A stretch of 64,000 bases of DNA from Candidatus Obscuribacteraceae bacterium (GTDB lineage Bacteria; Cyanobacteriota; Vampirovibrionia; Obscuribacterales; Obscuribacteraceae), in NCBI GenBank assembly GCA_044226015.1, contig JBGAHS010000002.1, positions 1,203,435 to 1,267,434 of the forward strand, in the 5' to 3' direction. A program made the position numbers and the translations under genes. Under the pieces are notes generated by a model. It made no database searches, was not told where the DNA came from, and saw only the letters and a list, made by a program, of their open reading frames with translations. Of this stretch, positions 58,013-64,000 are shown piece by piece. How positions within the stretch are numbered: position 1 is the first letter of the stretch; each line of letters starts with the position of its first letter.

Positions 58013-59065
58013 ATGAAAGCGCAACCCAACGGGGCAGATTCCCGCGGGTTCTCAGCGCACTATGTCATCAGCGCTGGTGGATCTCGTGCTATCCTCGCCG
58101 GCTGCGGTTCCATCTTCGCCAGCCAACTGGCTGGAGTGAAGTGGAACAGCATCGGTGGTGTGAGTGGCGGCTCAATTCCCGCCATCCTACTGGCTGCAGG
58201 TGTCTCCCCTGCACAACTCCTCAAGTACGCACTTGAACTCGACTTCCGAGAGAAGTGTGTGTCAACGGCCGGCAAATTCAAAACCTTGCTTGCTATCTTG
58301 CTCAAGGAGTATCACGAGCATCCGCAAAACCGCACGGGCTTCGGTGTTATGGAAACCGACAAGCTCGCCGAATTCATCGACGAACTCGTCCCTGTCTGGC
58401 CGGAGAAATTCTGGACCATGGCAGTCGACGGGACCTCGCAGATCGTATTCAAGAAAGACGGCATCTTCCGTTACGACATTGACGGCAAATGCACCAGGCT
58501 GTCTGACGACCCCGGCAAACCCGGTTTCGCCATTCAAGCGACCTGTGCCATCCCCGGCATCACCAAAGCACCGAAGTTGAACGGAGTCCATCTCTACGAC
58601 GGCGCTTACACGCATCACGGCATCTGCCCTGTTGGCGTGCCCATCGAACGCTGGGGAGTCGACCCGAAGACAGTGGTAGGTGTCTGCGTGGGCGAGGACA
58701 TGATGGATGGTCTCGCCGGCAAGCTGCGTCAGTTCTGGAAATGGATCTGGCGTATCAAGCCTGATAACTCGTGGGGTTCGCATGCTGCGGGCGCCATCGA
58801 GATCCACCCACACATCGACCACATTCACGCGCTGCGCTTCGACCTGTCCGCCGATGAAAAATGGCTGGCTGTGCTCGAAGGCTTCGCTGAGACCGTGGAG
58901 GCTTATGCCGCAAACGGAATACTCACCGGTGAAGGACTGCGTACTGCACGTGCGGTACTTGCAGCACTTCCCGACCTCGCCAAAGCAGAAACTGCTGGGC
59001 TCGGATACCCTCAACGGTTGTCCTTGCTGGCAGAACAGGTCTTCAAAGAGCATGGATTGCTCTAA
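58013..59065 (+). CDS. Patatin-like phospholipase/esterase
   Basis: SAGGSRA, GVSGG (GxSxG), ATCAIPG, YDGA. Confidence 0.8.
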   Translation: MKAQPNGADSRGFSAHYVISAGGSRAILAGCGSIFASQLAGVKWNSIGGVSGGSIPAILLAAGVSPAQLLKYALELDFREKCVSTAGKFKTLLAILLKEYHEHPQNRTGFGVMETDKLAEFIDELVPVWPEKFWTMAVDGTSQIVFKKDGIFRYDIDGKCTRLSDDPGKPGFAIQATCAIPGITKAPKLNGVHLYDGAYTHHGICPVGVPIERWGVDPKTVVGVCVGEDMMDGLAGKLRQFWKWIWRIKPDNSWGSHAAGAIEIHPHIDHIHALRFDLSADEKWLAVLEGFAETVEAYAANGILTGEGLRTARAVLAALPDLAKAETAGLGYPQRLSLLAEQVFKEHGLL

Positions 59066-59217
59066 AGTCCACGTGTGCGAGCGTCGCATCTCACGCCATC
59101 ACTGGTGGTGAGCATGCGACGCTTGCAGTCCGCCCGAAACTAGACTTTCACTACCAATTCCTGGACAGGCACAACACTTCGCTTGTCCCAAGAATAAGAA
59201 GAATAGGATGAACTATC

Positions 59218-61140
59218 ATGTCAAAGAAGATTACCTCCTCCAAGTCAAACACCTCCAAGAACGGCAACCTTGCAGAAGACATTCTGCGCGATGCTGGCAA
59301 GAGCGAAGACGAAGTAACGCGAACAGGCGCCATCGACCGCGCTGACAGTGCTACAGACGAGCTTTACGGCGAACGCGGACGCACGAGCGGAAGCCCTGTG
59401 CACCGTGTCATCTGGAAAAAAGCTGGTCTGAGAAACTTCACTCCCGGGCAAGACAAAGTCGACGCCCAAGTCGAAGAGACTGTCGCCAGGTCAATCGCGG
59501 TGCTCAAGCAGAACACTGCCGATGGCACCATATACGATGCCAACGGCAAGGTGAGCAAGAAAACCATTGCTGACCTGGGAAACGCTGGCTACTGGGGCAT
59601 GCTCGTCGACAAGAAATATGGCGGTCAGGGTGCAAGCCTTCAACGCTTCACGAAAATGATCACCGAAGTCGCTGCTGCCGGCTATCCGACTGAAGCTGGC
59701 TACGCTTCCATTCATGGATGCATCGGCGCGGTCGACCCGGTAAGCGTCTTCGGCACCGAAGCACAGAAAGCTTACTTCTTGCCGCAGCTGGCATCAGGCA
59801 AGCGCATCTCTGCTTTCGCTCTCACAGAGCCAGCGGCTGGCTCCGACCTCACCAACCTGAAGACAGTGGCACGCCGCGATGGCGACGACTACGTCATCAC
59901 TGGCGAAAAGCTCTTCATTTCGAACGCTGTTCCGGGTCGCACCATCGGACTGGTTACACGCGTCGAAGGTGAAGACAAGCCTGCCGTTTTCATCGTGGAG
60001 CTGCCGGAAGAGGAAAATGAAAGCTTCCAGCTCGTTCACTATGGCATTCATGCCTTGAAGCACGGCTTCAATAACGGGCTCAAGTTCAACAAGTTCCGCG
60101 TGCCCGCAGCTAATCGGCTGGCGGCTCCCGACGGCAACGGACTCGTCATCGCATATCACGGACTGAACTATGGCCGTGTCGCTCTCTGCGCCAATGCTTC
60201 AGGCGTCATGCGCCTATTGCTGCGCAGCATCTGCCCTGACAGCTGGGGCAAATATCGCGTCACCTTCACTCAGCCTATCGAGACCCGAGAGCTGGTGAAG
60301 AAACGCGTCGCTCGCCTTGCAGCTCTCATCGTCGGCGCAGACGCGCTGCGTGACTGGTGCTCGGCAAAACTCGATGAAGGCTACCGAGGCGAACTCGAGT
60401 GCATCATCGCGAAAATCTTCGGCAGCACTGCACAGAAAGAAGCCGCGGTCGACATCGCCATGACCACTCACGGCGGTCGCTCGTTCCTGCATGGACACCT
60501 CGTTGGCGACAACATTCACGACTACCTCGCTCCCATGATTTATGAGGGCGAGGGCGAAATGCTCGCCATGAAGTTCTTCCTTTCGCTGGCTACTGAGCAC
60601 GGCTCAAACTTCATGCTGCCCCTGGGCAACGCAATGAAGGCACTCAGCAAAGGCAAGGTCTTCTCCGGTCTCTGGCAGCTCGTCAGCAATGGTGTGCCAT
60701 TCGCCTGGTGGACCGTCAAGAACTACTTCAAACGATTTGTGAACTCCCAGTCTATGCCCGGCATGGACAAACGACTCAAAAAGCACGTCAACTTCGCACT
60801 TGCTCAGAGCGCCCGTCTTGCAGCTGAAATCTCGACCAACATGGTCAAGCATCAGGTCAAGCTCGGCGATCGGCAATCTCGCATCGTGCACATGAGTCAG
60901 CGAGTTCAAGACACTGTCGTGATGCTGGTGACTGCTATGCACGCGCACCACAGCAAGGATGAAGCAACTATTCTGGCTGCTCACATCCTCTGTCAGGACC
61001 TGCGTCGCAAACTCACCGGTGAACAGCCCAGCGACAAGTACTTCCATGAATGCTCTAAGCTGGCAGACATGGTCGTCGAAGGCAAGTTCAAGCAGCTTGA
61101 CGGTGTCGAAAAGGCTCAGGTTTTGCGTCAGTACAATTAG
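59218..61140 (+). CDS. Acyl-CoA dehydrogenase family protein (extended)
   Basis: FALTEPAAGSD, GEKLFISN, LNYGR, HGGRSF, IYEGEGEM. Confidence 0.92.
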   Translation: MSKKITSSKSNTSKNGNLAEDILRDAGKSEDEVTRTGAIDRADSATDELYGERGRTSGSPVHRVIWKKAGLRNFTPGQDKVDAQVEETVARSIAVLKQNTADGTIYDANGKVSKKTIADLGNAGYWGMLVDKKYGGQGASLQRFTKMITEVAAAGYPTEAGYASIHGCIGAVDPVSVFGTEAQKAYFLPQLASGKRISAFALTEPAAGSDLTNLKTVARRDGDDYVITGEKLFISNAVPGRTIGLVTRVEGEDKPAVFIVELPEEENESFQLVHYGIHALKHGFNNGLKFNKFRVPAANRLAAPDGNGLVIAYHGLNYGRVALCANASGVMRLLLRSICPDSWGKYRVTFTQPIETRELVKKRVARLAALIVGADALRDWCSAKLDEGYRGELECIIAKIFGSTAQKEAAVDIAMTTHGGRSFLHGHLVGDNIHDYLAPMIYEGEGEMLAMKFFLSLATEHGSNFMLPLGNAMKALSKGKVFSGLWQLVSNGVPFAWWTVKNYFKRFVNSQSMPGMDKRLKKHVNFALAQSARLAAEISTNMVKHQVKLGDRQSRIVHMSQRVQDTVVMLVTAMHAHHSKDEATILAAHILCQDLRRKLTGEQPSDKYFHECSKLADMVVEGKFKQLDGVEKAQVLRQYN

Positions 61141-61177
61141 GCAATTGAGCCCAACGGCTTAGTTTAGTGATTTCACA

Positions 61178-61228
61178 GAGGGGGCGAAGGAAGTAGAGAA
61201 ATCTGCTCTTTCGCCCCCTCATTCTTTC
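61178..61228 (+). terminator. Intrinsic terminator
   Basis: gagggggcgaa...ttcgccccctc followed by attcttt. Confidence 0.6.
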
Positions 61229-61473
61229 TGGTGTCCTGTAATGCCAGTGTGGCTCACAGGGCACCTTTTATTCGATCAATTCATACTACAACGATTAGTA
61301 TTCAGGGTGAACACTAACTGTCTCATCCAGAAACAAGTAACTCCTCTTCAAAAAGTTTCGCAAAAATCAATGCTAATTAAGGGGCAAGCAAGTGAGTACA
61401 GCGTTTTTTTGGGAAGATCAAACATGACCTGACAGATCGTCAGGCTGGTGAATACTGTTCCGAGAAGACTTAC

Positions 61474-62451
61474 TTGAAAGTTGTAATTCCTGGTGGTACT
61501 GGCGAAGTTGGAAGTATTCTTGCGAAAACTTTCCTGCTTCGTGGCCATGAAGTAATCATTCTCTCCAGAACGCATCAGACCTCCGCAAGCGGAAAGCTGA
61601 AATTCGCCTACTGGGACGCAGAAAATCTTGGCGACTGGACAGATGCACTTGAAGGAGCCGATGCGCTAATCAACCTTGCAGGCAGAACAGTGAACTGCAG
61701 ATACACTGAAGAAAACCGAAAGCAAATCAAAGAGTCACGCGTGAAATCCACTCAAATACTCGGAGAGGCAATTGCACAGTTATCAAAGCCACCAAAAACG
61801 TGGCTACAAATGAGCACTGCAACAATCTACGCGCATACCTACGAAAGGTCTAACGACGAATACTTTGGTATCATAGGCGGTGACGAGCCCAATGTACCAG
61901 ATTCCTGGCGATACTCAATAGAAGTTGCACGCGCCTGGGAAGAAGCCCTCGATAAAGCTCCTGTAAGCAAGCTCACTCGTCGCGTTAAAATGCGAACGTC
62001 AATCGTAATGAGTCCACATCAAGGCGGCCCATTCGACATTCTACTTAAACTGGTCCGCATGGGATTAGGCGGAACTTCAGGCAACGGGAATCAATTCATT
62101 TCATGGATAAGTGATGTCGATTTCGCCAATGCAGTGTTCTTTCTGCTTGAGCAAAAGGAAATTTCAGGAGCCGTAAATCTCGCGAGCCCCAACCCTTTAC
62201 CTAATCGCGATTTCATGCGCATTTTGCGAGAAGCATGGGGCACCAAATTCGGACTACCGGCTTCAGAATGGATGCTAGAAATGGGAGCGGTACCACTAAA
62301 AACTGAGACCGAACTTGTACTCAAAAGTCGAAAGGTTCATCCGGCTAAATTACTTCAAGCTAAGTTTCCCTTCGAACATCCCTACTGGGAAGAGGCTGCA
62401 GTCGACCTCTGCTATCGTTGGAAACAAGAGCAAAAGGTGAAAGCGGGATAA
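61474..62451 (+). CDS. TIGR01777/YfcH-like NAD-binding epimerase-family protein
   Basis: GGTGEVG, INLAG, SRVKST, AWEE, GNGNQFISWI, SRKVHPAKL. Confidence 0.85.
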   Translation: MKVVIPGGTGEVGSILAKTFLLRGHEVIILSRTHQTSASGKLKFAYWDAENLGDWTDALEGADALINLAGRTVNCRYTEENRKQIKESRVKSTQILGEAIAQLSKPPKTWLQMSTATIYAHTYERSNDEYFGIIGGDEPNVPDSWRYSIEVARAWEEALDKAPVSKLTRRVKMRTSIVMSPHQGGPFDILLKLVRMGLGGTSGNGNQFISWISDVDFANAVFFLLEQKEISGAVNLASPNPLPNRDFMRILREAWGTKFGLPASEWMLEMGAVPLKTETELVLKSRKVHPAKLLQAKFPFEHPYWEEAAVDLCYRWKQEQKVKAG

Positions 62452-62723
62452 GCTTGCACACCCGCGCCAACGTTATCGCTAGCAATTGCATCAAATTCCT
62501 CTCAAGTCAGCGCGAAAAGCTTGAATTTGCAGCGCTGATGCAGCAGCATGAGACGTCTATTTTCACCAGCATCCGCAGCAGCAAGAAACCAATAACAACT
62601 CAACAAAAACGCCAGCACTAACAGTATTTCTCGAACAAATCGTTCCGAGGGTGTTTGTTTGCGTCAGCTGCGAGCATAGTTCCTGAACCCCAACTCCACT
62701 ACGTGGAAAAAGGAGGTTTTGCA

Positions 62724-63488
62724 ATGAGCAACACTACCGCCGATGCGGTCAATCGCTGCAAAGGCGTTGACGTATCACATAGAAGCGGTGTCATCGACTG
62801 GAGAAAGGTCCGCGATTCTGGCTACACGTTTGCCTTCATCAGGGCAACCGACGGAGCCGATGGCGTGGACCCGAGCTTTGCATTGAATCGTCGTTCCGCC
62901 CGAGACAACGGGTTGGCTGTCGGTTTCGTGCACAGCTTCCGCGTCGACACCAACATCGAAGCACAAGTGACAAACTTCATTCGTGCTCTCGGTCAACTCG
63001 AAGATGACCTCTTGTCGCCGGTTCTCAACTGTAAAGCGTCCGAGCATTGGACGAAGATCAGCATGAAGGACCGCGTCGAACTGGTCGTCGAATGGTGCAC
63101 CCGAGTCAAACGCCTCTTGGGCGTTGCACCGATTCTTCGTGGAACTCCGAGCTTCTTCAACGAAGTTCTCGGTGCCGATGAAAAACTCAAGAACTTCGAA
63201 CTCCTGATCGAAGAGCTTGACGTTGAACAGCCGTCGACTCCGGCTCCCTGGGCCGAATGGACGTTCTGGCGCAGCCAGGAGAAGGCAAGCATTCCTGGTA
63301 TCACAGGTGATGCCGCACTCAACTGGTACAATGGCGCCGACATCAGCAAGGCACAGCATAAGCGAGACTCCAGCGGCACCCCTCAGCCGCTGACCTGGCT
63401 GGAAACTACTGCCTGGACCATCGGTGTCAGCCTCTATTTCATCGGCGTAATCACTGTCATCTACGAGCATTTCGCTCGACACTGGTGA
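62724..63488 (+). CDS. GH25 lysozyme-fold protein lacking the DxE catalytic motif, C-terminal TM
   Basis: GVDVSH, IDW.KV, FAFIRATDG, PVLNCK in place of PVLDxE, WTFW, IPGITG; RBS aggagg. Confidence 0.75.
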   Translation: MSNTTADAVNRCKGVDVSHRSGVIDWRKVRDSGYTFAFIRATDGADGVDPSFALNRRSARDNGLAVGFVHSFRVDTNIEAQVTNFIRALGQLEDDLLSPVLNCKASEHWTKISMKDRVELVVEWCTRVKRLLGVAPILRGTPSFFNEVLGADEKLKNFELLIEELDVEQPSTPAPWAEWTFWRSQEKASIPGITGDAALNWYNGADISKAQHKRDSSGTPQPLTWLETTAWTIGVSLYFIGVITVIYEHFARHW

Positions 63489-63701
63489 CGCAAGAATGCG
63501 GAGTTTCCTGAACCAAAAGTTCAGCGAGACCCCGCTTCTTGTTTTTCGGCTACATCTACTACTCGTCATCGTACATTACAACAGCGAGACAGCGAGCAGC
63601 GAGTTCCAAGGCAGCATCACCCGCAAAGCACGCTCAGCCAGCCTGCACATGGTCTTAGTCAGAATTGCGCAAAGCATCAAATAACAGCGCGAACCCTTTG
63701 C

Positions 63702-64000
63702 TTATTGCCCTCTGTTCGTTGTAAGGTTTTGCATTCTCCAATCACCAGCACCAGGACTCGCCTTTCGCTGCCTTAATTCGAAGCGCAAGATTCCCTGTGC
63801 GATGAACGGTTCGACTGCCTTCTTAATTCCATTCAACTCGGCGGTCGATTGCGCAGCAAGCATTGCATCAACAATTACCGGCACCATTTTGGTGTTTCGC
63901 ATTGCAGCCAGCTCACCTGCTGCAGTGATTCTCTCTGCTTCAACATCCGACTTCAGTCGTCCCTTCAGATCAGCAACGCGCACTGCCAGATCGAGCTTTT
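63702..64000 (-). CDS. Helical (HEAT-like) hypothetical protein, 5'-truncated by window edge
   Basis: Frame open to the window end; LKSDVEAERITAAGELA resembles a HEAT repeat. Confidence 0.5.
   Translation of the reverse strand, partial: KLDLAVRVADLKGRLKSDVEAERITAAGELAAMRNTKMVPVIVDAMLAAQSTAELNGIKKAVEPFIAQGILRFELRQRKASPGAGDWRMQNLTTNRGQ

Noticed and set aside
58262..63569. Long antisense ORFs 58262-59089 and 62775-63569
   Set aside because: Shadows of the patatin and GH25-like genes; no motifs

Overview
This is a bacterial chromosomal window. Housekeeping genes (S9 peptidases, 3-hydroxybutyrate dehydrogenase, speB, tadA, NCS1 permease, DUF1800/DUF1501, mutL, two-component genes, Flp pilin) alternate with accessory blocks of mostly uncharacterised genes. 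The MutL EQHIAHER motif and overall gene content suggest Cyanobacteriota, plausibly non-photosynthetic Melainabacteria/Obscuribacterales; this is inference only. I found no rRNA, tRNA, CRISPR array, integrase or transposase. The standout is an ~14 kb locus (6840-20862) just downstream of a MocR/GabR regulator that encodes a complete bacterial ubiquitin-like conjugation toolkit. It has (1) a protein with two tandem coiled-coil+E2-fold modules, the first with an intact H-x7-C motif and the second catalytically dead; (2) a JAB/MPN+ peptidase; (3) a ThiF/E1; (4) two near-identical Ubl genes ending -AGN; (5) four paralogous coiled-coil proteins, one membrane-anchored and one sharing a new ~70-aa domain with the E2 protein; and (6) two convergent paralogous membrane-anchored helical proteins plus a TPM-like gene at the flanks. 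No sulfur-relay genes are present. Other notable items are a lipid-metabolism cluster with a pair of unknown GNAT-like paralogs, three MORN/YwqK-like membrane proteins, a GH25 pseudo-muramidase, duplicated RNA hairpins with compensatory changes and candidate MocR operators. All family calls come from motifs read by eye, not from database searches.
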